DNA of 64,000 bases from Octopus vulgaris (taxonomy: Eukaryota): positions 155,496,001 to 155,560,000 of the forward strand of contig OX597814.1 in the NCBI GenBank assembly GCA_951406725.2, in the 5' to 3' direction. Below the pieces are notes generated by a model. It ran no database searches. It saw only the letters and a list, made by a program, of their open reading frames with translations, and had not been told where the DNA came from. The translations under genes and the position numbers were made by a program. Below are positions 28,401 to 40,765 of this stretch, in pieces. The first letter of the stretch is position 1. Every line of letters begins with the position of its first letter.

Positions 28401-29375
28401 GCGTCTAAATATAATTAGAATTTAGTCTTGGTTCATTATTCTATCTATTTATATTTTGGCTTTTGTTTACCAACACACTAATTGATTCATATGTATATGA
28501 AGTGGGGGTCAATTATTGGAAGTTCTTTTCGAGTTATTGATTGTTTGCAAACAGAACTATAATTACCGAGACTAGGACAAGACTGTATCACCACCAACAA
28601 CGTGGAATCTCACCAGAGCCGGCCACATCACCACTGATGATGGTGATGATGATGTTGGCTATGACCACAATGACGACGATGATGATGATGATTATCCTTC
28701 TATTCCTTTTTCTCATTGCTATCAATGTCATCACTATCGTCTTTGCCATCATCATTGTCGTCGTCACCATTACATTGCACAAGTACTATCGCTGCTATTT
28801 CATAGCTGTTGAATATTACTACTTACAAGTCCACGTAAAACATAGAGTATAATAAACCAGTGGCTATAACTACATGACCATCGAATATTTTATTTTTCCA
28901 CTCCTCACAACTACTAAGTTTCACTTCCAGATTTTGAACTTGAGACTGTACGAACAAAGGGGGAAGCCTCTATATAGTCACTGTACCAGTAAAAGTAGCA
29001 GTGTAAGCTTTGTATGTCATACACCACTGTCTTAAAAAGATGATAAAATCACTGTAAAATGTAGTTCCAAACATTTTGTATTTGAATTTAAGATATTCTA
29101 ATTTTACCATTTGCCTGCTCTATCAGTGATGAACAGGAGAGTAAAAACTATTAAATTCTGCATTCCCTAAAAGTACAAACATAAGGCTGCTCGAAATGTG
29201 CAGGAATTTTGGCTAATTTAGTCATAGAGGCACCAAGGGAAAGAAATGCATGCCGTTCCTGTGCAGAACACATTTGAACATGAACATCTTCGGTGATGGT
29301 TGATCAAGAGTAAAACATCAAAAGCAACTACAGCAATCAATTCCGGCCAAACAAAATCAGTAATCAACTAAAACT

Positions 29376-29630
29376 GATACTCCGTCGGTTACGGCGACGA
29401 GGTCTTCATTTGATCCAATCAACCGAACAGTTTGCTCGTGAAATTAACGTGCAAGTGGCTGAGAATTCCACGAACACGCGTACCCTTAACGTACGCATAT
29501 TCGTGTACGTTATTCAACGAGGAGAGATTCAACGGGACACAGAATATGACAAGGCTGGTCATATGAAATGCACGTAGAACTCATTTTTTTCAGCTGAATG
29601 TACTGGAGCAATGTGAAATAAAGCGTCTTA
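29376..29630 (-). mobile_element. SINE-like repeat, family D (3' part)
   Basis: Minus strand aagacgctttatttcacattgctccagtacattcagctg...cacttgcacgttaatttcacgagc...gtcgccgtaaccgacggagt; recognised from memory as a common octopus repeat, only one copy in the window. Confidence 0.55.
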
Positions 29631-30159
29631 ATCACTATTAACATCAAACCCTTCTATGGTCGCTCAGAAGACATTCGTTTGTCTTGAAAGTTCGGTGAAA
29701 TTGATGCGGTTTCTATTCATCTTGAATATCTGTAAACAAATGTCTGCAGCAACAACAGAGCAACGAGGGAATTCGCGAAGAACAATAATCAAGGCGTGGG
29801 TATAAAGCCTGGAATGTGATTTCGAGCAGCAATTGGAGAGAGGAAGGCACATAAATCATTGAGAAACGGTTATTTCAGGAAGCTGTACATGGAAACGGTT
29901 TGTAATTACAAGTATATTTATATACACACGTACACAATCAAACACGCATACGGACATGAGCCCTGAAGCTCACATACATGTGTATATACGTACGTGCTTG
30001 TGCGTGTATGCGCGTTACTTGCAAATGTATCTTCGTCGGTATCAAAATCTACCAGTAACTAACTTAACGGTCATATTCTTCCGATGAAATAAACAAAACT
30101 AGTGGATACCTTACTTCCTTTCCACAACATAGCTCAACAGATTCTTAAAGGGAGAGAGA

Positions 30160-30500
30160 TTGTGTGTGTTGTGTGAGTGTATGTGTGTGTGTGCGTGCGT
30201 GTGTGAGTTTGTGTATGCGTGCATGTGTGCGTGTTTACGTGTGTGCGTGCGTGTGTGTGCGTGTACATGCGCGTGCGCGTGTGAGTATGCATGTGTGTGT
30301 GCGTGTATGTGCTTGTGTGTGCGTGTATGTGTGCGTGTGTGTGTGTGCATGTCTCTGTGTGCGTGTGTGTGTGCGCGAGTGTGTGTGCGTTTGTGTGCGT
30401 GTATGTGCGCGTGTATGTGAGCGAGATAGAGATAAACATAGAGAGAGATAGAGAGGAGAAAGATATAAAGATAGAGAGAGGAGAGAGAGACGGAGAAAGA
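30160..30500. repeat. Degenerate (TG/TGCG)n followed by (GA)n
   Basis: Directly visible; explains the HTHT/CVCV ORFs. Confidence 0.95.
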
Positions 30501-30896
30501 ATGAGGAATCCGTTATAGTTTACCAATTTTCAACTCTACAAAGATATTCAAAGTTGATTTTGGCTGATTTTCATCACAGAGCATAAGGAGTAGAGAGACA
30601 AAAACTAATATCACAAGGTACTTTTCTGATGCTCGAAGGGTTCTGCCAATCAACAGGCCATTAAGGTAATACAAATTATATTATTTGTAATTTATATTTT
30701 ACATGTTATTTTCAAGTTCCATAATATTGGAGGAACGCGAGGGAGTTATTTCCGTTTTTATAAATCTAATTAGAAAAAGATGAAATTGTATGTCGATTCA
30801 GGAGAATTTTCATTATATACAAAAGTTAATGTAGTATATGATTCGTACGAGCCGAGCAATGTTTCAGTTAAATAGCCCGAGTTGAAGTGGCTCTCC

Positions 30897-31320
30897 CTAT
30901 CCGCTCAGTCGAAGTCGACTCTCGGTCACTCGTTGGATCAGTGGCCTCCAGTCAGTTCTATCCTGGACCGCTTCTTTCAGATTGGCTATGTCCATTCCGG
31001 TATCACTCTTGATGGTGTCAAGCCAGCTGGTTCTTGGTCGGCCTCTTCCTCTCTTGCCACTGACCATTTCCGAGCATGATGTCCTTCTCCAGTGATTTTC
31101 TCCGCATAATATGACCGAAATATGCCAATCTATGCTTGGTGATCCTAGCTTCTAGCGACATTTTCGGCCTTTTCTCGCTTAAGAACTCTCCATTGGTGAG
31201 CCTCGCTGTCCATGGAATCCGCAAAAGTCTTCTCCAACACCAAAGCTCGAATGCATTAATTCTCTTCTGGTTAGCTTTCTTTAGTGTTCAGGTCTCGCAT
31301 CCATATGTTGCTATTTGTAA
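30897..31320 (-). mobile_element. RTE-clade (BovB-like) LINE, 3' fragment of ORF
   Basis: Across stops and frameshifts: IATYGCET*TLKKANQKRINAFELWCWRRLLRIPWTARLTN...LEARITKHRLAYFGHIMRRKSLEKDIMLG...GKRGRGRPRTSWLDTIK...QDRTDWRPLIQRVTESRLRLSG*. Confidence 0.9.
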
Positions 31321-31351
31321 ATAATTAAAAGCCTATTACTTATATGATATA

Positions 31352-32621
31352 CGAGGGGCTTTCAATAAGTAATGCCCCTGACCCACTTCCCATAGCAGTA
31401 GAGCAACGACACTTGGCATAGTTATTAGTCTTTTCCTACATAGGAACTGCCCAGAGTTATGCATTTCTCCCATCGTTTGATACAGCTCTGGAGACCGTTT
31501 TTGTAGAAGACCCCAGCTTGGTCCTCCAACCACGACGTGACTTCAGAAATCAAGGCTGCATCATCTGGGAAACGCTTTCCTTTCAAAATCAACTTCATGG
31601 CTGGGAAGAGGTGAAAATCAGAGGGTGCAAGGGGAGGAGTTCATAGCTGCACGCCTGTGCTTCTGATCTGGCGACACGTGAGTTGTGGACCGGAGCGTCG
31701 TCCTGCAGGAGGAGGATGCCTTTGCTGAACTTGCCCCGCCTCTTGATTTTGATAGCTTCTCTTAATTTCCTCAAAAGTGAAGCATAATAGGCTCCTGTAA
31801 TTGTGGTACTCTTTGCCAGGAAATCTGTCATCACTACTCCGTCCTGGTCCCAGAAGACTGTGAGTATAACCTTGTCAGCGAATGGCTGCACCCTTGCCTT
31901 CTTTGGAGGAGGTGAGTCACGGTGCTTTCACTGCATTGACTGGGCTTTGATCTATGGATCATAGTGATGGATCCAGGTTTTATTCTGTGTGATCAGTCTT
32001 TTGAAAAATTTTGACTCATCTTCTTGGCACATCTCCAAATTCATCCTCGAGCACTCAACGCGTTCTTGCTTCTGGAAAGGTGTGAGCAACCTGGAAATCC
32101 ATCTGGCAGACACCTTTTGCATATGCAAATGGTCATGAATGATAGTTTCCACAGACCCGGTACTAATCTTGACCTTATGGGCTATTTGGCGAATAGTTAT
32201 GCGTTGACCTTTCAAAATGGCAGCCTCAACTTGACGGACAGACGTCTCATCAACGGCAGAAGGGGGCGACCAGATCTGGGAGCTGTTTCCACAGAGTTCC
32301 AACTATGTTTGAATTCACAGTGCCAGCGTTTTACAAGGTCATATGATGGAGCATCATTACCATAAGTTACTTTCATTTCAGCAAAAGTCTCCCGTGGTGT
32401 GCGTCCTTTCAAATACAAAAACCAGATCACTGCTCGACACTCAACAGGCTCCATTTCACACTTGACTCAGTTCAAACACCTGTAAATCAGAAACCACAAT
32501 TAGTTCAGAGCTGTAATTCGCCACTTAATCTATAGAGGTATAAATAAGTGCATATGCAAAATTTCAGCTAGATCAAACAACTGCAAGTGGGTCAAGGGCA
32601 TTAGTTATTGAACGCCCCTCG
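31352..32621 (-). mobile_element. Full-length mariner element (1270 bp, irritans-like)
   Basis: TIRs cgaggggctttcaataagtaatgcccctgacccactt and (reverse complement) cgaggggcgttcaataactaatgcccttgacccactt; TA duplication at 31350-31351 and 32622-32623. Confidence 0.95.
31440..32454 (-). pseudogene. Mariner transposase, frameshifted
   Basis: Three ORF pieces: MEPVECRAVIWFLYLKGRTP (HTH); KVSARWISRLLT...RLITQNKTWIHHYDP; KVILTVFWDQDGVV...LLLQDDAPVH; then LAPSDFHLFP in another frame. Confidence 0.93.
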
Positions 32622-33289
32622 TAAATTGTAGCAACTTTACACGGTTTGGTAGAGATAGCTTGTTTAATTCTAGCAGATTAGTTAACGTTTTTGGTTGTAG
32701 CCTTTTCATTATTGTCATTAAAAGCAATATAAAAGGCATTGTCGTCTCTCACAATCTCATTTCCCGGTTTACAGAAAGCGAATAAAGAGAGTTAACTATT
32801 GTTACATACATAGATGCCAACTCACACATGCACATAATTTCTTCTCTCAATCTTATTTTATTATATTTTTCTAACGGTTCAATTTATTTAAATTTAAATG
32901 TTGTTTACGACATTCCTGATATTTTTGAGTATTTAATTCTGTTTTCGCAATGCTAGACTTAATTAAATTATATTTTTCTTTTATATTATATAAAATATAA
33001 TCTAAGAGATACTGCAACCGAATTCTGTTTGTTTCAGTTCGTGTAAGTCATTTGTTTTAATATTTAATTCCATTCCATGATAGCCGTTTTATGAAAGAGA
33101 GATTGCTTTTACTCCCCCGCACACGTTGACAAGTCTGACTCCTACGCATTCCAAGAGACAATAATTTCTAATGGCATCATCATATTTTGAGAGATTCGTT
33201 TTTCAGAATTATATTTAAGAAACTTACATATATGTATACATGTATCATAAATAACATACATGCGAGATATACATACAGAAATACAGGAG

Positions 33290-33405
33290 AGTATATACGT
33301 ATGTATGTATGTATGTATGTATGTATGTATGTTTGTATGTATGTATGTATGTATGTATGTATGTATGCATGTATGTATGTATGTATGTACGTATGTATGT
33401 GTATA

Positions 33406-33452
<47 letters not shown>

Positions 33453-33505
33453 TTGAGAGAGAGAGTGAGAGAGAGAGAGAGAGAGAGAGACGGAGAGAAA
33501 GAAAG
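33290..33505. repeat. (TATG)n-(TA)n-(GA)n microsatellite
   Basis: Directly visible. Confidence 0.95.
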
Positions 33506-33704
33506 AGATGTGAAAATACAATTGTTAAATGTGCATGTAACCGGGAATGTGCATTTTCATTTTATTGTCATATCATCTTTTCCATATCTAAATACTACAC
33601 GCCCACTTTTTCTAGAAACAATGATCACTCTAGAATTTCAAACTGCATAGAATTTACTCAACTGAAGAGATTTTTAAGTCAAAAGCATGGCAGTTCAGTA
33701 TCTA

Positions 33705-34329
33705 GCTGGCTAAACACGATCCATTTTGCGTACCCTGTCTCCATTCTCTTCAAAACTGGATCGTTTTCATCCTGTTTCTGTATCGAATCGTAGACGGAGT
33801 CCCATTGGGTGGGTTAGTTTGATTCAATTGACGTGGGACCCAAACATCGAGCTTTTTCATGTAACCAAGTTGACACACAAGCTTTTCAAAACAAGACTTA
33901 AATATTTGGAGACTATCATCCTCGTCGTATAACGGGATTTGATGATAACTAACACCTTCATTTTGCTATTGTGATTTTTAGGTGGCCGACCAGACGAAAA
34001 TTTGAAAACAACGCCTGGTTCACACGTTCTGTAAAAGCATCATCTCCATACACAACATATAGCTTCTTGTTGGTTTACGCCACTTTCTCGTCTTTTTACA
34101 AATTAAAAAGCATGAGGTATCCATAATGTTTATTTTGGTTCTCTGTTCTCAGTGTGATTGCAAGCACACAAACTACAACCTGGCTCGTTGCAAATTCACA
34201 TCGAATTACTTTGGAGAATCAAATATCTAACGAGTGCTCATGCACAATGGATATACTGAATCCAGCTACTTAGTGTGTTTGAAGCTGAGCGTTGTAAAAA
34301 CTGTTCAGAGTTTTTGGTCAACCCTCTAT
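33705..34329 (-). mobile_element. Second, older mariner fragment (5' half)
   Basis: Minus strand starts TAgagggttgaccaaaaactctgaaca and later translates LGYMKKLDVWVPRQL...ENDPVLKRMETGYAKWIV (cf. WVPHEL...NDPFLKRIITGDEKWI). Confidence 0.75.
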
Positions 34330-34469
34330 TTTGCATATTTTCTGACTAGCTAATTACTTTACACACCTCCACACATATAATTGAATTACGCAACTGTTTA
34401 GCAATGTATCACCAAAAGAGAAAACTATAATTGTCATTAAATATGAAAGAGGGTGTTAGAACACATACA

Positions 34470-35082
34470 ATGCTAGCGATTCGCTAAAACCTCCATAAAT
34501 TTCTATGGTGTAGACATATGTAATGCTGGTGATCTTGCCTGGAAACTGGCGAGTTGTGCCGATCCTACCGAAAAGGCCTCAGTCTTAAAGTCGAAATCGT
34601 AGACAGTATAGGGACATCACGACTGCCACTTTCGGGCGTTTATTGTTGTTATCAGTATGTATGTGTAAAATTATGTGCGTTGACTGCAGCATCAGAGAAC
34701 TTTAGGTTTTATTTCTAGCAATGTAGCTGTTCTAACATTTGTCATATTTTATGATAATTGTAGCTTCCATTTTTTCTGATACATTGCTAGACAGCTGCTG
34801 AGTTCAATTATTTGTATACACACTAGCGATTCGCTAAATCATCGATAGATTTCTAAGGAGTAGACATATGTACTATTGTTGATCTTGTTCGGAAACTGGC
34901 GAGTTGTGCCGACCCTCCAGAAGGGGTTTCTGTCTTTACGGTATAAGGATATCACGACTGCCACTTGCGGCCGTTTACGGTCGCTGTCAGTATGTATGTA
35001 TACAATTATGTGCATTGATCGCAGTATCAGAACACTTTAGCTTTTATTTGTAGCATTGTAAGTAACCGAACACCCTTTGTCA
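34470..35082. repeat. Diverged tandem duplication, period about 350 bp
   Basis: ctagcgattcgctaaa...gtagacatatgta...ggaaactggcgagttgtgccga...atcacgactgccactt...tcagtatgtatgt occurs from about 34473 and about 34823. Confidence 0.9.
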
Positions 35083-35954
35083 TATAGAAGGGTAACACGT
35101 ACTTTGCCAGAAACAAGAGTTAAAAGACTCTTAGAGTCGTACAGAAGCACTTGCCCATACACTGACGAGGAAGAAAACCGCCACAGGAAGTAAGGAAAGA
35201 AAAGACAAGACTCAAATTTTCACAGAAAGTTTTATCATTCACCAAAGATGAGTATTAACAGCAGTTGTGGATATTAAAGTTTTTAAAGCTGATCGTTTGT
35301 GTGTTTGAAAACTGTAGATATGTAAATTTGTAAATTTGTAAATTTCTCAACTTATTTTGAAGGGAATTTTAAATACCCACAGGATATTGTAGATATTCCA
35401 GTCTCTGGGAGTTATTTTTCCCCGTTGTCCTGCTGGGTCATATTAGTGCTTCTATGGCTTTCGGCTACTGAATGGTCAGAGCCGTGAGGAAGACGTCCAG
35501 CCGCTGTCAAGGCTGGTGCTCTCTCATAAAAAAAGGAAAATTTAATATTTTAACTTTAATTAAAAAGAAAAGAAAATTTCAAACAGTACACCGAATAGCT
35601 AGTCCAATGGTTATTCTGGAAGCGCGCCTGTCAGGAGGCTGTCAGCCTGACGGCGAAAAATTTTCATGTGGCAGAATATCTTCCCCGAATACGAAGCATC
35701 CACACCAGCATCCATACCATCATCCACATACCTACACATGCACATACGCAAACGTCAAGGTCACCAGGCCTCTTCCACATGCACATGCATGCTCTCGTAT
35801 ACACGCGCATGTGCACCTTCGTTTTGATATCACCACTACTTTATTATTTCCCATTCTTCCTAGCTCTCCTGTGTGACCCCTCTGTCCAGCATTTGCCATG
35901 ATATATCGCTAGCTACACATTCTTTATTTTCTCTCCCTGTTTCTGTCTGTGTTC

Positions 35955-35989
35955 CTTTCAGTGGAAGAGCGCAGGCTCGAAACGTTAAG
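35955..35989 (+). ncRNA. Degenerate minimal hammerhead-like motif in a Penelope-like terminal repeat
   Basis: cttt CAGUGGA a GAGC gcag GCUC GAAA CG U uaag: stem II and GAAACGU present, first core box mutated. Confidence 0.45.
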
Positions 35990-38600
35990 ACTTTTTCACT
36001 TACCGAGCATTAAACTGATACATCTGTTTGTTGTCTACACCACTCGTCTTCGTCTTTATTTTTGTGAATTCTCCCCAACAATATATTACACACACTCTCA
36101 CACACACACGCACACACACATACATATATATATATGTATATTTATATATATATATATATATATATTGTTGTATTTCAGGATGGTAATTAGTTTTTGCCAA
36201 ATAAACACACTCACTTCGTTCTTCACTCGTTTATAACTGTTCTTGTTTTAAATAGTGTCCACTGCCTGAAAATCTTTTGTCACACATTTGTGACCTCTTC
36301 AGCGACACTTTCCGTCCTCGTGTGTGCTTTTGCTCCGCGTAGTCCATATATATATATGTGAGTGTGTGTGTGTGTACATCAATATATACCGTGTCCGATG
36401 ACGTCAGAGCTTAACTGGATGTTCTAGGCTTAGATCGAGATTAAATGACTATTTACAGAACAAGCCATTAGTCCGCCAGTACTAATCCAGAAATACCCGT
36501 GGTTCAGAGTGTTGTAGATCAACTTGAAATAAACTTCCTTGTTCAAAGCCTCATCGCGCTGACCGATACAGTAAGCGAACATGTGGTCTAACGAAGGGCA
36601 GCCCAAAAAACCTGGCCATTAGGCGTACATATATTAATATAATTTTTTTTAATTATATAAATTATTGCAAATATTAGCTGAACGAAGAATTCAATACGTG
36701 AAATGGCAATAAATATATATTATAGAAAAGATATTCTCTTGAATTTTGTCAATGCTGGGTTTGAAACTGTAATAGAATAAGTGAAATTAACTGTATAAAC
36801 AGAGTGAGATAAACGAAGCCAGAGTGAATTATAAATAATAGTTGACTGCGAATATTTTAGAAAGGGAAAAACAAATAGAAATTGCCAATGAAGTGTAAAA
36901 AAAAGTAAGAAAGAAGAATGTGCAAATCTGGAATAAGATTTAGATCAATAATCTTACGTGTATATATATATATGATTTAGGTGTATAATATAGGTGTAAA
37001 TAAGGGATTGTGATGTCAGTTGTAAAAAATACTAAACGCGATCACCTAATATTTGAAATGTTAACTCAAATTTGTGTGCAGTGTAAGACAAGAATATGAA
37101 ACATTAGAAAGCTAATATTGAATAAGATCAAAGTCAAAAGAGAAATCGATTCTGTCAGGTTCTGATAAAATATAGTTATATGTCTTCATGAAGGCTATAA
37201 AAAAACTCAATATGCTGCAATTTATTTTAACAGCTATAGAGATTCTATATTATACAAATAGATTTGCTAGCATATATATACGTGCACACATACACACTAA
37301 TTCACAAACACTCACACAATATGCGTACAGATGGAGACGTATATAAATGATCACACACACAGGTAAACGCACACACATTCTCGCCTAATAGTATACATAT
37401 GTGCATAAATAAGTATGTAGATGTAGAAATACCAACGCACCTGCATAACGCATTAATATAAGTGAATGTAAATAAAAGATAACGGGATAAGGGAGGAATA
37501 ACAATTAAAGAATTTGTATTAAATGTATGGCAAAAAGGGCATAGCGGGATCTACTTGAGCAAGTATACGATACTGTGGAGAAAAATGAGACTATCCTACA
37601 TTCAAGTAAGAATGTAGGGTGGTCTCATTGTGTTGGGGTTTCAAACAAATTATACACAACTCTGACAAATAGCAATGTAGTGTAACTGTGAAGGTTATTC
37701 TTCAGAAAAGATATTGGCAAGGAGATAGATATGATTTTTTAAAATTAATGACTAAAACACTTACTTTCTAGTTAAGGAAAAGCACAGTCCCCTGTAATAC
37801 CTATATGTCTTAAACAGTTTAGTTGACAATAGAAAATATTTTCTGAGTTTTGGACCATTTGTTTGCTGGCTATCAGGATTATAGTTGTTTCACGAATTTT
37901 TAATTGCGTAATATCATTCTCTTCGCATCAAATGTTTATTTTCATTTTGATCATTTTCACAGCAGCTAAAAAGCAAAATTTATTTACTTTCTTCTTGTTT
38001 TTGGAAGTATTCTTATGTTCTGGTTAATTCTCAATAGTTCAGGATAATTTTGATCTGAAGACCAATGGTCAAGGAAAAAGTCAGACAGATTTATGAAATT
38101 ATGAATCTTAGATGAGGTTACACATTTTTAGTAGGGTGTATTAGAATATTTAAAATACATAAGGTATGTGTAAGCTATATGTCTCCATTAAAAATAATCC
38201 ACCGATACACTGAAAAACACATATATTTGATAAAATCACAATTAACTCCTTTACACATAATACGGATGTCACAGAACTTTCTAAAATCTCCCATTTCATG
38301 TTAGTGACAGTGAAACAACTCTGCAGGCCCACAGCATATGAGCGTGCGTGCAAATGCTTCTGGTATGCATAAGCTGATACATATTTTGTACATGATTTGA
38401 AATTTGATTAAATTATGTATAAGAAATGTAGCAAAACAAATTCAGCGCATATATATTTTTACGTGTTGTACATACACCCGTGTCATCTTCGAGATTCATT
38501 ATCCCTGGACTGATACATTTTGGCACCAAGTCAAGTACTAAGTTTAATGGTATCAATTAACAACCCTAAAACTGCTGACCTTGCGCCTAAATGAGGATCA

Positions 38601-38602
<2 letters not shown>

Positions 38603-38650
<48 letters not shown>

Positions 38651-38705
38651 TGATGATGATGATGATGATGATGATAATAATAATGATGATAACGATGATG
38701 ATGAT
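38603..38705. repeat. (AAT)n(GAT)n microsatellite
   Basis: Directly visible. Confidence 0.95.
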
Positions 38706-39689
38706 ATTATTAAGGCGTGTTGAGTTTTCCTCCACATTCTTGGACATCTAAGAATCAATGTTTCTACAAACGCTAAACATCGCTTTGATTTAAATCATTA
38801 GTACTGACGTATAGAGATTATGAAAAGAAAACAAATGAAATTCGGACTTTTCAAGCATCGGAGTTGACTTTAATATCACTCGATGTCACGCCTGATATCA
38901 AAACACGAACAATGGCACTCACACATATAGACAAGATTTATCTCTCAAAAACATAAGAAAGTAATTTTATCAATATTCCTTCGAACAGCGAATGAGTAAA
39001 TATGGACCCAGATCAAAATAAGAAGGACTTATATTCATGCTACATTAATAAACTCTCTCTTCTTTCCCTATTTATACATTTATATGTTCTGGAGAAGGCA
39101 AGAAACAAACTAACGTAAAAGCGGAGTTAGGATCGCTATATTCTAAAATAGTCAATTAACAGCCCTGAATGGTATGTGGAGTAATAGAGTATTTCCTCCT
39201 CGATACAAATCATACGAAACAGTCTCCACGCACTTCAAGATCGTGTGACAGGTGGAACGGAAGGTAGAAATTTACTTGAAATATCCATTTCTACATTCAT
39301 AAACAAATATACAGAGCAACGCGATACAAACATGAGAGTGAAACTTCAGTGACAGACGGATAGCGTAGAGCAGAAAGCCCAGTTGTTATACTTGTTGTAT
39401 CCAGAATCATTACTTGAAACTTTTTGATTCGAAAAGGTGTGCGGTGTGGCATGATGTGGTGTGGTGTGTTGGTGTTGGGATGTAAGGGTGGCATGTGGAT
39501 TTTGGGTGAGGATGTGTGGGTAGGGGTGGGGTATGTGTGAGCGGTTGTGTAGTGGTGGGGTATGGATGGAGGGAGTATCGATGAAGAGAGAAGGTGGGTA
39601 AGAGTGAAGAGAGGAAGTAGGTGTCAAGACAAGAGAGGAGAGGTGCATAGGAGTGAAGAATTATATGTCAGATGAAGAGAAGAGAGGAG

Positions 39690-40712
39690 GGAAGTCAGAT
39701 GAAGAAGGGAGAGGAGTTGAGCCCATGTGGGGAAAAGGAGCGAAGAGAGAAGATTAATTTCTGTTTACGGCGAAGGCAGGGAGTCTCCAAAGACAATCCG
39801 AACATAGAGAAGTGTTGTAATGAATGACCAGTAGAGCGATACCGGGGTGTCGTTGCCGAATCTAATGTTTCTGAGGTGCACCGCGAACCAGTCAACCGAG
39901 CAGAGAAGGACAGAAAGAGCAGAATATGCAGTAAATGACGTTGCTAGAAGTGCAGGTAAAGGAGTCAGTGATATGACAGGGACGATAATGGAGGAAGATG
40001 GTGTTGGAGGGACGATAATGTGAGGAAGATGGTGTTGGAGAGGTAGGGGCAAGTGCGGAAGCTTGGGAGCGAGCAGGAGAAGGAAGCAGGTTGAGAGGTG
40101 GTGCTGGGGAAGAAACTGTGGACCAGGAGATCACGTAGGTTGTGGGCTCGTTTGAAGGAGGGGTAGTCTGGGGAAGATATGCGATGTGGAAGGTCGGACT
40201 GGAGTCGCCGGAAGGCTCGTAGAATGGTGCGTTGGAGGGGTGGTAGGTGAGGGGAAGCGGGAGACAGGTAACGACGGGCGGTGCGGGGAGAAAAAGCAGA
40301 AGCACGGTCCACGGAACGTGTTTTGGCAAGGACTGTGTGGATAGCGGTAAGGTGGATATCCATGAATGATGAAGTGGCGAACCCTGAGTCTCAAATTCCT
40401 GGTTGTCACTGCTGAGCCTGTGCAGGCGGGGGAATTGGGAGTAGGGGATGGAGAGCTTAGTGTGGGTATGGTGGGAGGAGGAGTTGAGGTATGAGTGTGA
40501 GTAGGTGTGTTTGTAGTGGATGGAGGTAGTTGTATATGTTGACTGAAATGTCGAGAAAGACGACGGAAGTATTGGAAATGGTGCAAGAGAATTCGAGGAT
40601 AGGATGGAAGGATTGGACAAAAGAGAGAAAGGAGTCTAGTTGTTCGCGAGAGAACGAAGTCGCACTAATAGTCATTTATACAATAACCGTATTATATATA
40701 CATAATACATAC

Positions 40713-40765
<53 letters not shown>

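Noticed and set aside
35155-35200. CUGACGA-GG...CC hammerhead-like start
   Set aside because: GAAA replaced by GCCA and no stem I or cleavage triplet.
36584-36618. ctaacgaagggcagcccaaaa hammerhead-like remnant
   Set aside because: Both core boxes are mutated and the stem II loop is too short; cannot be supported from one copy.
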